IMG/VR virus record: IMGVR_UViG_3300033070_000479
Coordinates: 1 to 64,000 of that record
Strand: one strand, 5' to 3'
DNA: 64,000 nt
Source of the DNA: a virus
Lineage: Duplodnaviria; Caudoviricetes
The notes beneath the pieces are model-generated. The model was not told the DNA's origin, did no database searches, and saw nothing but the letters and a program-made list of their open reading frames with translations. Each line of letters starts with the position of its first letter. The stretch's first letter is position 1. Made by a program: the position numbers and the translations under genes. This document shows, piece after piece, positions 52,907 to 62,964 of this stretch.

Positions 52907-55900
52907 ATGAGCTTTATTCGAACAGAGTCTGACCCTGACCTGGACGACGACGCCACCAGGTACCGCTGGTTTGGCGGCGTAACTCCCCAGGCAGCGAGAG
53001 CTTGTAATCCGATCGTGTCGTTGTACTGCGAGTCCGTACTGGACAAGCCCCTGGGGGAGGGGCTGGTCAGGGCTTCCGCGGTAGGAGCCTCGGAGATTAA
53101 CGAGAGCGCCAGCTTTATCCACACGTCCTCGTCAAGGTCTCGTAAGAAGCCGATGGCGTTGACATTCACCCCGGACATGTTCGCGGCCGTTCGGTCGGCC
53201 CTCTACACGCCAGGATTTATCCTGCCGGTTACGGATAAGTCAGGAGAGTCTCGGGCGATCCAGCTGACGCCGGGCAGGGTGTTCGGGTCTGGTAAGCAAG
53301 GTCCTGCTAAGGCCGACATCATGGTGGTGTCGTCGATGCTGAACTCCAAGGAAATCGGCGCACCGACGCCGTTCTCTGGAGACAGCCACGAGGCCCTGTG
53401 GGACGCCTGGGATCAGGCCAGGCTGCCTGACCCGACTAAGTTGTCTGTGTACGGCACGTACGCGCTGAAATTCCCGTACTACCCCTGGTTCGGTAGTACC
53501 GTACCGGCGGCCCTCAAGGAGGACGCCAAGTACATTCTGTTTCAGGAGATACTGCTCTGCCGGCCTAAGTACCTGTGGCTGATGGGTAGCGAAGCCGTCA
53601 AGATGGTGCTGGGGCGAAACGTAACCCTCAACTCCTGCTATGGCGCTGTGACTAAGTTGTCTCTGGACTTCCGCAGGTACCCGGACGACGACAAGGACAT
53701 CGACGAGGTAAAGGTGGTCGTGTCGGACGCGTCTGCCGCAGTGCAGCATGACCCGGAAGTGTATCCGCGGCTGGCCAATACCGCGGCCTTGCTAGCCGAC
53801 ATATCTGGGTTCTCAGCTTCCAAGCGCCCGGAGCTGGTCACGGACTACCGACCGGTGTACACGCCCGAGGACCTCTTAGCCGCGGTAGAAGAAGCGATCG
53901 AGGATTCTCAAGGCGGTGGATATGTGGCTATCGACTGCGAGTGGGACGGGATGCACCCGAGCTGTCCGGGTTCGTACCTGTACACGGTCCAGTTCTCGAC
54001 CCGCCCCGGGAAGGCCTGGTGCGTGTTCGTTAGAAGGCAGTTCGGTAAGGAGAATCCTGACCTGCCGGTGACTTACGTGGCGGAACACCTCAACCGGATG
54101 CTTAAAGGCCCCGGTAGAAACTTCCGTCTGGTGGGCCACAACCTGAAGGCCGACTTGGTCTGGCTCGAGTCGATCGGAGTGGACCTGTACGACCAGCTAC
54201 CGGCCCCGGAAGACGACCCGGAAGGTCCCGGTATGAAGTTCGGGTGGCAGAAGACGTACACCGAAGGGTTCTTTGACACGCTGATCGCGGCCCACGTTTA
54301 CGAGGAAACGGCTGACGCAAAGTTGGAGCTGCAGCTGTCGTTGCGCCTGGGGCTGCCGCGGCACGACATGGACATGGAGGAGGAAAAGCAGAAGTTCCTC
54401 AAAGACAACAAGCTGTCGAAGAAGGAACTGACCGGCTACGGATTCTTGTCTGAGTCAGGGGTTCTGCGGTACGGCTGCGCCGACGCCGACGGGACCGGAA
54501 GACTGTACCTGTTCTACAACGGCAACCCGCGAGACGGTACGCCGGGGGCTCTGGACAGCGACAGGTTTAAGCAGACGTGCAGAGACTCGTTCTGGGTGTT
54601 TCAGTACGCGGCACCCGCTTGGGCCGAGTTTGAGCGGCACGGTCTACTGCTGGACGATAACCGGCACGCGGCGATGTCGAAGCAGTTGGGGGACGCCAGA
54701 GACCGCCTGTACGCGTCACTGAGGGCGCAGGTCCGGTGGCCCGAGTTCAACATTCGCAGCACGGCGCAGTTGCGAGAGCTTCTATTCGGTACCAGCTACG
54801 TCAAGAAGCCAATAGCCCCGCTGGACGCGGTGTGCTTAAACCTGTCCCCGTTCAAGGCCACTGACGCAGGCGGCGGACACCTGTGGAACGAAGCTTTGAG
54901 GAAAGCGGAAGAGGAAGGACGACCGACACCGGACCCGTCGACAGACAAGGAAACCTTGCTGCACTTGCTCCCCGAGCACCCGCTCATCAGCACTATCATC
55001 AAGGTGAGGACCGCGTCTACCGCTATGAGCGGGTTCTTCAAGCGCCCTCAGTCCGCGAAAGCGGAAGAGCCCGATGAAGCTTCGGAGGCTTCTGAGTCGG
55101 ACTCTACTGACGAGGCGTCTAAGGAGGTCGAGAAGGCTGTAGAGGCGGAGTTCGGTGGCCGTAACCTGACGGCCAGAGTGTGCGGAGACGGCAGGGTTCG
55201 GTCCATGTTCGGCATAGCGGAGACGGGCCGTGGCAGGTCCGGCAGGCCTAATCTGCAGAACGTCGGAGAAGGTGTCGATGAGAGCTATAACGACCTTCTA
55301 GGGTTAAAGAAGGGCGACGAGGGGTACTTCAAGACCGCCTCCGTGTTCATACCGCAGCCGGGGTGGGTGTTTGTTAAGGCCGACTTGAAGGGGGCCGAGA
55401 TCGTCGTAGCCGGGTGGACCAGCGGAGACAAGATGCTGCTCGAACACGCCGCGCGCAGCTGTTTGGACGAGAAGCACCCGGACTACCTGGACCTGCACTG
55501 CGACTTGGCGGTGCGCGCTTTCAACCTGGACTGCGCGCCAACAAAAGCCGCCTTCGAGAAGAAGGGCTACAGCCGGTACAGGAAAGCCGCTAAGCCGGCC
55601 CGCTTTGGTTTGTACTACGGGGCCGGCATAGAGACCATCTGGCGGAAGGCTGTTGAAGTTGATCGCTCTGTGACTGTTAAGGACGTCGAAAAGCTGGTAG
55701 CGGCGCACAACGAGACGTACCCGGATCTCGACACGCTGTTCTCACAGGCTCGGATGAGGCCCAGGAACCCTGGATGGTTGGCGTGGGTTTTTGGTGGCCG
55801 TAGAAGATTTCGGTACACGAAAGACGAAAAGGTCGCCGCTGCTCAAGGGAGGGAGTCTCAGAACGCCGTATGTCAAGGCAGCGTAGCGTCTACCATCAAC

Positions 55901-56140
55901 GTTGGTCTCGGAAATCTGGTTAAGTATCGTCGGAAGTACGACGTTCCGTACCGCATAAACTTGTCCGTACACGACTCGGTGGTACTTGAAGTGCGCAAAG
56001 AGTATGCTACAAAGACGGAAGAGGCACTGCATACGTGCCTCGTAAGCGCACTGCCGTACCAGCCGTGTACATTGGACGGCATCCCGGTTACTGGGCGAGG
56101 CCCGTACCGATTCGCAATCGACATTGACGTCGTCAGATAA
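52907..56140 (+). CDS. polA: family A DNA polymerase with N-terminal UDG-like and 3'-5' exonuclease domains
   Basis: Exonuclease AIDCE, GHNLKAD, YGCAD; polymerase PNLQN, ADLKGAE, RKAAKPARFGLYYG, VHDS; UDG-family-4-like segment at about aa 115-300; phage homologue. Confidence 0.92.
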   Translation: MSFIRTESDPDLDDDATRYRWFGGVTPQAARACNPIVSLYCESVLDKPLGEGLVRASAVGASEINESASFIHTSSSRSRKKPMALTFTPDMFAAVRSALYTPGFILPVTDKSGESRAIQLTPGRVFGSGKQGPAKADIMVVSSMLNSKEIGAPTPFSGDSHEALWDAWDQARLPDPTKLSVYGTYALKFPYYPWFGSTVPAALKEDAKYILFQEILLCRPKYLWLMGSEAVKMVLGRNVTLNSCYGAVTKLSLDFRRYPDDDKDIDEVKVVVSDASAAVQHDPEVYPRLANTAALLADISGFSASKRPELVTDYRPVYTPEDLLAAVEEAIEDSQGGGYVAIDCEWDGMHPSCPGSYLYTVQFSTRPGKAWCVFVRRQFGKENPDLPVTYVAEHLNRMLKGPGRNFRLVGHNLKADLVWLESIGVDLYDQLPAPEDDPEGPGMKFGWQKTYTEGFFDTLIAAHVYEETADAKLELQLSLRLGLPRHDMDMEEEKQKFLKDNKLSKKELTGYGFLSESGVLRYGCADADGTGRLYLFYNGNPRDGTPGALDSDRFKQTCRDSFWVFQYAAPAWAEFERHGLLLDDNRHAAMSKQLGDARDRLYASLRAQVRWPEFNIRSTAQLRELLFGTSYVKKPIAPLDAVCLNLSPFKATDAGGGHLWNEALRKAEEEGRPTPDPSTDKETLLHLLPEHPLISTIIKVRTASTAMSGFFKRPQSAKAEEPDEASEASESDSTDEASKEVEKAVEAEFGGRNLTARVCGDGRVRSMFGIAETGRGRSGRPNLQNVGEGVDESYNDLLGLKKGDEGYFKTASVFIPQPGWVFVKADLKGAEIVVAGWTSGDKMLLEHAARSCLDEKHPDYLDLHCDLAVRAFNLDCAPTKAAFEKKGYSRYRKAAKPARFGLYYGAGIETIWRKAVEVDRSVTVKDVEKLVAAHNETYPDLDTLFSQARMRPRNPGWLAWVFGGRRRFRYTKDEKVAAAQGRESQNAVCQGSVASTINVGLGNLVKYRRKYDVPYRINLSVHDSVVLEVRKEYATKTEEALHTCLVSALPYQPCTLDGIPVTGRGPYRFAIDIDVVR

Positions 56141-56155
56141 GAGACGTCACCCCGC

Positions 56156-56181
56156 ACCGCCAGAGTGGTTCTGGCGGTTTT
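56156..56181 (+). terminator. candidate terminator/hairpin
   Basis: ACCGCCAGA-GTGGT-TCTGGCGGT plus TTT. Confidence 0.5.
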
Positions 56182-56234
56182 CGTGAAGCCCGGCGCTGCC
56201 GGTGCTCTGTTACCCCAGGTTAAGGAAATCGCAG

Positions 56235-57905
56235 ATGAGCGCAGATATCTTCTCGTCAAACCAGTGGTCCTACCAGCCTCAGCAACAGACTCGTGACCGT
56301 TCCGCACACGCATCGGGGGTGCTCAAAGACAACACCAAGTTCAAGATCGTTCAGCCGACGTTCAGCGGTTCCGGTTTGACGTTCATCGCCCTGCCGGCTC
56401 TCGACCTGGAGGCTACGCCGCAAGGCTGTCCTCAAGGATCGGCGAAGCTGCTGATCGACCACCGCAGCGTCGACAGCCAAGGACGTGCCGTCGTACAGGC
56501 CCCGTTCGACCGGTTCTCTACGGCCGCTAACAACCACACTCGCTGGTACTACCAGCTGTGGACACTCCCGCGGTTCGGAGTCCGCGGCCGCCAGCGGTCT
56601 CTGTTGACGGACAAGAATCCGCGGGATGACATGGGTCACCCGTACGAGATGATTCGGTCCGCGTGCTTCCTGGCCAAGGATCAGCACAAAAAGGGCAACA
56701 CCATCCCGGTTGGAGCCTACGGCACCAGCCAGTCCGAGGGGTGGGACAAGCTGATCACCGACAACGAATCGGCGACGGCCGGTGTCGGCGGTAAGTCGTC
56801 GGTGGAGTACAAGGCACTGCCGAAAGCAGACCTGTGCGCCTACCTGTTCGGTCTCGTGTGTTCGATCGGCGACAGCAACAACAAGGGAGACACGGTTTAC
56901 GAACCTCCGCTGGGTGTCGACCCGCAAGACCCGGTTCCGGTCATTATGCTGTCGAGCGCCACGTTCGGCCGGCTGATGACGCTCATGTCGGCGTTCCGTC
57001 CGGACGCGTTCCGCCCTGCGTTCGACGACTTGGCTGCCTTGATGATTCCGCGTCTGACGTCGAGCCGGTACGTGCACGTGTTCGATTCGAAGGCCGGGTG
57101 TGCGGCCAAGAACGCGGCAGACGCCGAAAGACTCGGCGTGGTCCAGAACAGCCAAGCCGGCGGGTGGGGTTCGTCCCGTAGAGCCGCGGCTCAGGTGAAC
57201 CCGGCTGCTGCCGGTGCGGCCACGTTCGGCGGCGGGTACGACGTGTACGTTAGCGAGACCAGGGACGGTACGACTAACGGTCAGCGTATTCCTACGGAAA
57301 ACGTTGACGCGCTCGCAGCCAGCAAACTGTGCCACCCGGCGGACGTGTTCAAGATCTCGACGTACGACGAGATCGCGAGGGCTTTGTGCGAGAGCGGCAT
57401 TCCGCCGGGTCTCCTGTACTACGCCTTCCAAAACAAGGCCGACTGGCTGCCGCCTTCGATTCGGGAGGGTTTTACGGCCAGGGTCTCCGCTGCCGTCAAC
57501 CCGACTCCGGCTACTCAGCGCTCGGTCGCCTCTCAGGTTGGGTGGCCCAACACCGTAAACGCTGTGCACGTAGCTTATGGCCCGGCCCCGGAACAAGCAG
57601 GTCAGTCTGTGCTGACTCAGACGACTCCGGCACAGACCGCCATGCCGACGACTACGCAGCCGATCGTCAGCCAGTGGCCGACCGCAACTGGGTCCGCGTC
57701 GGCCTGGCCCACTCCGTCGACTGCTCAGGTCGCTAAGCCGTCGGTGGCTCCGCAGGTTGACGACTTCAGCGATCTTCCGACCGAGACCGAGGGGTCAGTG
57801 TCGGCGAGCATGCAGAATCAGGTAGAGGCGGCTTTGGCCGCCGCCGCTAAGAACAACCCGGCTCTGCAACGGTCCATGTCTACTGGTGGGGTTGGCCGAG
57901 TCTAG
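56235..57905 (+). CDS. putative ssDNA-binding/recombination protein
   Basis: Lies between the polymerase and RecA genes; high-GC3 codons; low-complexity Q/T/A linker and acidic DDFSDLPTE near the C-terminus; TAAGGA SD. Confidence 0.4.
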   Translation: MSADIFSSNQWSYQPQQQTRDRSAHASGVLKDNTKFKIVQPTFSGSGLTFIALPALDLEATPQGCPQGSAKLLIDHRSVDSQGRAVVQAPFDRFSTAANNHTRWYYQLWTLPRFGVRGRQRSLLTDKNPRDDMGHPYEMIRSACFLAKDQHKKGNTIPVGAYGTSQSEGWDKLITDNESATAGVGGKSSVEYKALPKADLCAYLFGLVCSIGDSNNKGDTVYEPPLGVDPQDPVPVIMLSSATFGRLMTLMSAFRPDAFRPAFDDLAALMIPRLTSSRYVHVFDSKAGCAAKNAADAERLGVVQNSQAGGWGSSRRAAAQVNPAAAGAATFGGGYDVYVSETRDGTTNGQRIPTENVDALAASKLCHPADVFKISTYDEIARALCESGIPPGLLYYAFQNKADWLPPSIREGFTARVSAAVNPTPATQRSVASQVGWPNTVNAVHVAYGPAPEQAGQSVLTQTTPAQTAMPTTTQPIVSQWPTATGSASAWPTPSTAQVAKPSVAPQVDDFSDLPTETEGSVSASMQNQVEAALAAAAKNNPALQRSMSTGGVGRV

Positions 57906-57920
57906 TAGAACAATCAGTAC

Positions 57921-57952
57921 GCCGGCGGGGGTCGCCCCGCCGGCTTTCACTT
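57921..57952 (+). terminator. candidate intrinsic terminator
   Basis: GCCGGCGGGG-GTCG-CCCCGCCGGC then TTTCACTT. Confidence 0.65.
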
Positions 57953-57980
57953 CGTACAGCCAGTACACGGGAGCACGCAC

Positions 57981-59234
57981 GTGGCACGAGCAAGGGCGCG
58001 TCAAGAGTCACCTTCCGCGACGGACCTGCAAGCTTCAGCGGATGTGTTTGAGGAGTCGATGCCTCCTGGCGGCATCTACGCCAAGTCTGACGAGTCGTCC
58101 AACGCGGCCCCGGCTATGTTGATAGGTCTTCAACTGCCTACTCTTGCAGAGAAGATCCTGTTCGGATCAAACGTAATGCTGTTTGGCCGTATGTACGAGG
58201 TTTACGGCCCTCCCGGGTCGTGTAAGTCCTCGTTCGTGTACGACAGGCACCGGCTGGTCATGCAGGCCGGAGGTAAGCACGTTCACATCGACGTCGAAGA
58301 CAAAGACTCACCAGACCTTCGATACTCTGTTCTGGGTCGACCAGAAAACTTCGACATTAAGAAGTGGACCAGGCAAGCAGATAGCATGGAAGCGTGGATG
58401 AAGTCGGCGTACAAGTACGTTGAGTGGTTTAAGGATAACTGTCGCAAGCCGCGTGAAAAGAACAAGCCGCTAGGGCGTATTCTTCCGTTTTCGTTCAGCG
58501 TGGACAGCGTAGTCGCCAAGGCAGTCGAAGAGGCTCAAGAGAAGTTCGAGTTGAACCATGGAGCCCCTACACGCCGCTTCGGTGACGAGGCGCGTATTTT
58601 GACAGATTGGTTCAAGATATTCCCGAAGTACATCAAGAACTGGCCAGTTATCGCGCTGCTCGTTAATCACGATAAGCCCAAGCCCAACCCTAAGAACGCC
58701 AGCATGGTTACACACCACGCCCCCGGCGGCGTGTCGCAGGCTTATCACGCTACGTTCCGTCTTCTGACTTCCAAAGTCCGAGACATCGACAGAAATGCCG
58801 CAGGCATCGAGGGCTGCGAGATTCAGCTGAAGCTGGATAAGAGCTCCGCCGGCGTTACCGGGTCCCGGGTCAAGGTTCGATTTCTGTGGAGGTTTGAGCA
58901 CCCGGAAGACGGCGGCCCTGCTAAGCAGATCGCGTGGTGGGACTGGAACAGGGCCACGACCGAGACGCTGTTCGAACTGATGGATACCGTAGGGACTCAG
59001 GGCAGGTCGTTGAAAGCAGAGTGCGGGTTGAAGAAGTCTGCCGGAGACATGTGGTCTTGTCCGGCGGCAGGGATCCCGCACAGCGACCCCATGCCGGCTG
59101 ACGTGGTCGGTGCCGCCATCAACTCGAACGCCGAGTTGTCTGCAAAGCTGGAGAACATTCTCGAGATTATACAATACCCAGTGTTCCAGCCGGGCGTAGA
59201 TGCCTGGGAAGCAGCGGGGTGCTCGGATGTTTGA
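57981..59234 (+). CDS. recA: RecA/UvsX-like recombinase
   Basis: GRMYEVYGPPGSCKS, IDVE, SVDSVVA, LLVNH and APGG..AYHATFRL; phage homologue. Confidence 0.85.
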   Translation: MARARARQESPSATDLQASADVFEESMPPGGIYAKSDESSNAAPAMLIGLQLPTLAEKILFGSNVMLFGRMYEVYGPPGSCKSSFVYDRHRLVMQAGGKHVHIDVEDKDSPDLRYSVLGRPENFDIKKWTRQADSMEAWMKSAYKYVEWFKDNCRKPREKNKPLGRILPFSFSVDSVVAKAVEEAQEKFELNHGAPTRRFGDEARILTDWFKIFPKYIKNWPVIALLVNHDKPKPNPKNASMVTHHAPGGVSQAYHATFRLLTSKVRDIDRNAAGIEGCEIQLKLDKSSAGVTGSRVKVRFLWRFEHPEDGGPAKQIAWWDWNRATTETLFELMDTVGTQGRSLKAECGLKKSAGDMWSCPAAGIPHSDPMPADVVGAAINSNAELSAKLENILEIIQYPVFQPGVDAWEAAGCSDV

Positions 59235-59733
59235 TGAGGAGTTTGAGCCGCCGCCGAACAAGTACCCGACCTCGTCGGAGAGGCTCGAGACGGCTGTAGT
59301 CCGCGCGGCGTGTGCGTCTTCAAGGGATCAGTCACTGGCTAAGAAGGTGCTGTGGCAGCTAGCCGCAGACAGAACGGGCGAAAAGTGCGGACCGATAAAC
59401 CCTAACCTGCACGACCTGTGTCGTGCGGGTTTTCCTGTTGCTATACGTACCGCCCGCGTAAAGGTGTGTTCCCCATTTAACGTGGTATACAAGTTCAGTA
59501 AGACGCCGTTGGCGGAGGCCTGGTCTAGGGCAATAGACGACGACCCTGAGTGGGCAGACTCGGTCAGGAAGGCCTTGGTGTTCTCGTGGGTAGGGTGGGG
59601 CCTGTGCGCCCTGCACGACGTACACGACGTACAGGGCGGGTCTGTAGTCCTACCGGGCCCGGAAGGAAGTCTTTACATCCACCCGTTCGTATCCGTAGCA
59701 GCTACGGTCGACTGGGAATTCAATAAGGAGTAG
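59227..59733 (+). CDS. hypothetical protein
   Basis: Overlapping coupled ORF. Confidence 0.55.
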   Translation: MFDEEFEPPPNKYPTSSERLETAVVRAACASSRDQSLAKKVLWQLAADRTGEKCGPINPNLHDLCRAGFPVAIRTARVKVCSPFNVVYKFSKTPLAEAWSRAIDDDPEWADSVRKALVFSWVGWGLCALHDVHDVQGGSVVLPGPEGSLYIHPFVSVAATVDWEFNKE

Positions 59734-59738
59734 CGATT

Positions 59739-60470
59739 ATGGCGGCAAAGTTAGCCCCGCTGTCTGAGCAGGCGGAAGCAAAAATCTCTGCAATTTCTCG
59801 CACGCTGCAAAACACCGACGAGACAGAAATCCGAGCCCGCCGTGACGTCGGTAAAGCTATTTTGGAACTTATCGAAGACCCGGACAACGTGTACGGAGAG
59901 CTCACCCTAACGGACATCTCCAAGCGCATCTCGTACCACAGAGACACGCTTCGTCCGTGTCTGGTGCTGGCCGACAAGCTAGACGACCAGCAGTTCGAGA
60001 CGCTGCTGGAGATTCGCGGACCCGATGAGCGCAAGCTTCGTTTGGCCCACTTCGCGGTCCTGTCTCGAGTCCCGGATTTTCGGCAAATGAAAGCCCTGGC
60101 CGAAGAGACTGTGAAACTGGGTCTTACGTCCAAGCAGTTGGCTACCAAGGTAACCAATAATGCCGGTGGTCCGACGTCCGCCGGAGGGCGTAACCCTAAG
60201 AAGGCCGGCAACCTAGAGGAGTTACTGGAGCAGATCGAGCAGTTCGCAGTGACGACGTGCAACAAGATCGACGTGGCCTGGTTCAGCGACACCTCCCCCG
60301 ACTACTGCCTTGAGGCGTCCGAGATAGACGTTGCCGCCAAGAAAGCCGCTATGGCACGTATCGACCAGGTCAGGGACCAGGCAGAGGTCGTGGCCGGTAA
60401 GTGGGACTCGGTGGTCTCGGAGTTGCGTCGGGCCATACGGTCCGTACACACCCCTCCGGTGAGAAAATGA
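59739..60470 (+). CDS. hypothetical helical protein (possibly DNA-binding)
   Basis: TAAGGAG SD; 243 aa. Confidence 0.6.
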   Translation: MAAKLAPLSEQAEAKISAISRTLQNTDETEIRARRDVGKAILELIEDPDNVYGELTLTDISKRISYHRDTLRPCLVLADKLDDQQFETLLEIRGPDERKLRLAHFAVLSRVPDFRQMKALAEETVKLGLTSKQLATKVTNNAGGPTSAGGRNPKKAGNLEELLEQIEQFAVTTCNKIDVAWFSDTSPDYCLEASEIDVAAKKAAMARIDQVRDQAEVVAGKWDSVVSELRRAIRSVHTPPVRK

Positions 60471-61273
60471 AACGTCTGCCGTCTCCTGTGGAGGTGGCTA
60501 AGAGGCGAAAGAAGCTGGAGGCCGCTGTCGCGGTCTCCGGCCGTTCAGACCTCAACGCGCGTGTACTGGCTGACGCTATTGTCCAGGTCATGCCTAAGGT
60601 GTCTTACCGGGCTCTGCTTCAGTCGTGCTCCTGGGTTACGTCCGTACGGGACAAGTCGTCTGTTGAGACGTTTTGTGCAAGTTTGGCCGGAAATTACCGA
60701 GCCCTGTGTGACGGTAAGGTAGTCGTCCCCGGTGTGTGGCCGAGAGAACCAGAAACGGTTCTAGTAAAGGTGCGGTCTGTTACGGCAGTACATAAGACGA
60801 CTAACAAGTTCAAAATACTGTTACGCGTGTTGTCGGGTAGTCCGGCACCGGCTTCGGTAGCCATGGTCGCTTCGACGGGTTTTTGTCAAAGACTGGCGTG
60901 CGACAAGAAAAGCGGCCTCGGCCTATACGCCGACCGCGGGTCCACCTACTCACACCCGGCCGAGCTGGTCGGGTGTTACGCTTCTGCGGCGGTGTGCGCG
61001 GACGGCGTGTCCGGTAAAGTCTCCTTGCTGTGGGCTAGTAAATCTCAGGCTGACAGAAATAGGAAGCTGTTTTTCATGCGCCTGAGGAAGGGGTTTACGT
61101 GCCCGCACTCGTATCAGCACGCGTGTTACGTATGCCCCAAAGGCACGGATCAGTGCCCGGCGGCTTGCAGGCCGACAACGTTGGTGTCAGGGATATGCAA
61201 GTTCTGTGACCAGGTGGGTTGGGTAGGCGACGGCCCGTGTTTGAAGTGCCGTATTCACGGGATGAGGTCGTAA
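60467..61273 (+). CDS. hypothetical protein with C-terminal Cys cluster
   Basis: ATGA coupling; CPHSYQHACYVCP...CPAAC...CKFC...CLKC. Confidence 0.55.
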   Translation: MKRLPSPVEVAKRRKKLEAAVAVSGRSDLNARVLADAIVQVMPKVSYRALLQSCSWVTSVRDKSSVETFCASLAGNYRALCDGKVVVPGVWPREPETVLVKVRSVTAVHKTTNKFKILLRVLSGSPAPASVAMVASTGFCQRLACDKKSGLGLYADRGSTYSHPAELVGCYASAAVCADGVSGKVSLLWASKSQADRNRKLFFMRLRKGFTCPHSYQHACYVCPKGTDQCPAACRPTTLVSGICKFCDQVGWVGDGPCLKCRIHGMRS

Positions 61274-61752
61274 TGACAGGAATAGGCGGTCACATTGGTG
61301 TGCCGATGACAGTGCGGTCGAAGGAGGCTTCCTGGACGTTTATCGAGAAAGGAAAGCCGACTCTAGTACTGATAGACCCCGTGCCGGCTTTATCGACACC
61401 GGTGTCAGACATACAGTTTGTCCGAGACGTGATGTTTGCAAACGGAGGAAAGGTAGTAGTTCCTCCTGGATCAGCCGAGCTACTGCCGGCGCGCCCAGAG
61501 TCTGCGGCACCCGCAGGGCCGGACTTGGCCAGGAAGTGTTGGAGCTACCGACCAGAGTGGGAGGCAGGTAAGCAAAAGAAGACGTGTTCGTTCTGCTGGG
61601 TCGTCGAAGTCGTAAACGGCGATATACTGATATCGCTCAACAGCGCGAACGGGGGCTTGGTCGGAAAGCCTACTGGTTTTGTAGACGTAGACTTCGAGCA
61701 GGCCAAGGCGTTCGTAGAGGGCTTGGGTTACGGAATCATACCGACGTTCTAA
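61273..61752 (+). CDS. hypothetical protein
   Basis: TAATG coupling. Confidence 0.5.
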   Translation: MTGIGGHIGVPMTVRSKEASWTFIEKGKPTLVLIDPVPALSTPVSDIQFVRDVMFANGGKVVVPPGSAELLPARPESAAPAGPDLARKCWSYRPEWEAGKQKKTCSFCWVVEVVNGDILISLNSANGGLVGKPTGFVDVDFEQAKAFVEGLGYGIIPTF

Positions 61753-61766
61753 ACAAAGGCGAACAC

Positions 61767-62285
61767 ATGGGACCTTCTTTCGGACAGCTCAGAATCGGCG
61801 GCGAGGCGTTTGCTCCCGAAAGGGACGTGATCAACCTGACACCGCGGTTGGTGCACGCAGCCACGCAGGCGGCCGTGGCAAAAGGGTGGCCTGGAGAAGC
61901 CTTTAGAAAATACGCCGAGCAGAACGGCGTGCCACTGACTGCCCTGGGTGAAGCCGCCCGCAGTCTGATCCTATTGACGAACAACATCACCGGAACTGGG
62001 TATTCTTCGTGGGAAGAGGCCTGGCTGTCTTCCGGCATGGGCAAGGTTAATCCTCTGGCCCGAGCTGCGATATTCGCGCACCTCGGCATATCGACCATGC
62101 GGGCGTTCACCCACTACGCTCACTTGGGCAACGAGTTCGCCTACCGCCCTGTAGACGCCGACGCCAGTGAAGAGGCCGTTATGCGCGCGGCCTGGGCGAT
62201 GGAGGCAGACCTGCCGTCTGAGAAGCAACAGAGGATGGAGGAAGTCCCGAATGCCTCCGACAGGGCCGGTAACCCGATCGGCTAA
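61767..62285 (+). CDS. hypothetical protein
   Basis: ATG 61767 after AAAGG; 172 aa. Confidence 0.55.
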   Translation: MGPSFGQLRIGGEAFAPERDVINLTPRLVHAATQAAVAKGWPGEAFRKYAEQNGVPLTALGEAARSLILLTNNITGTGYSSWEEAWLSSGMGKVNPLARAAIFAHLGISTMRAFTHYAHLGNEFAYRPVDADASEEAVMRAAWAMEADLPSEKQQRMEEVPNASDRAGNPIG

Positions 62286-62952
62286 GTTTCCGGAAGTCAT
62301 CAGGGCGCGTAAGGCGTGGGTGTTGGCGTTCGGCGCCCTGCCAGACGACTACGTGTGCTTCGACGTAGAGACCCTAGGACCGGCCCCGTTTAATTTCATC
62401 TGCCAGATCGGCTGGTGTCGCGTTCTAAACAGGACCCCCGTGTTGCGAGGGTCCTGTCGGTTGTCCTGGGAGGACATACTCCCGGACGACCGAAAAACGT
62501 TGTACCTGTCCAAGGCAGCTTCTTCTGGCCGGCGTAGGTGGTCTAAGGCAGTAGCAAAATCTCCGGTCGAAGCGGTATCGGAGTTTCAAAAGGTCGTCTC
62601 GGAAACGCCAGGGCCGGCTGTCGGTTTCAACGCATGGGCGTTCGATGTTCCTCTACTGACCAGGGAGTGCTCGGACCTTGGTAACCCGTGGAATCCTGGT
62701 CCGTGGTCGGTAATAGACGCCGGGGTCATGGTCAAGGCCTCGGCCGGCGGCCCTCTACCGACGCCGGGGGAGACTTACAAAGATTCTGCTTCTAGGTGTT
62801 TGTCCCGCGGTAAGAGAAGTGTTAAGTGGGCCTTACACGATACTTGGTACGAGTCGATTAGGCCGGAGCTGCCTGCTGACGAGGAGTTCCACGACGCCGA
62901 CACAGACTCTTACCTGACTCACAAAGTCTTAGAGTGGTTTCGCGGTTATTAA
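62251..62952 (+). CDS. DEDDh 3'-5' exonuclease (DnaQ-like)
   Basis: CFDVET, GFNAWAFD and HDADTD motifs; GGAGG SD. Confidence 0.85.
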   Translation: MPPTGPVTRSAKFPEVIRARKAWVLAFGALPDDYVCFDVETLGPAPFNFICQIGWCRVLNRTPVLRGSCRLSWEDILPDDRKTLYLSKAASSGRRRWSKAVAKSPVEAVSEFQKVVSETPGPAVGFNAWAFDVPLLTRECSDLGNPWNPGPWSVIDAGVMVKASAGGPLPTPGETYKDSASRCLSRGKRSVKWALHDTWYESIRPELPADEEFHDADTDSYLTHKVLEWFRGY

Positions 62953-62964
62953 CAAGGAGAGTGA

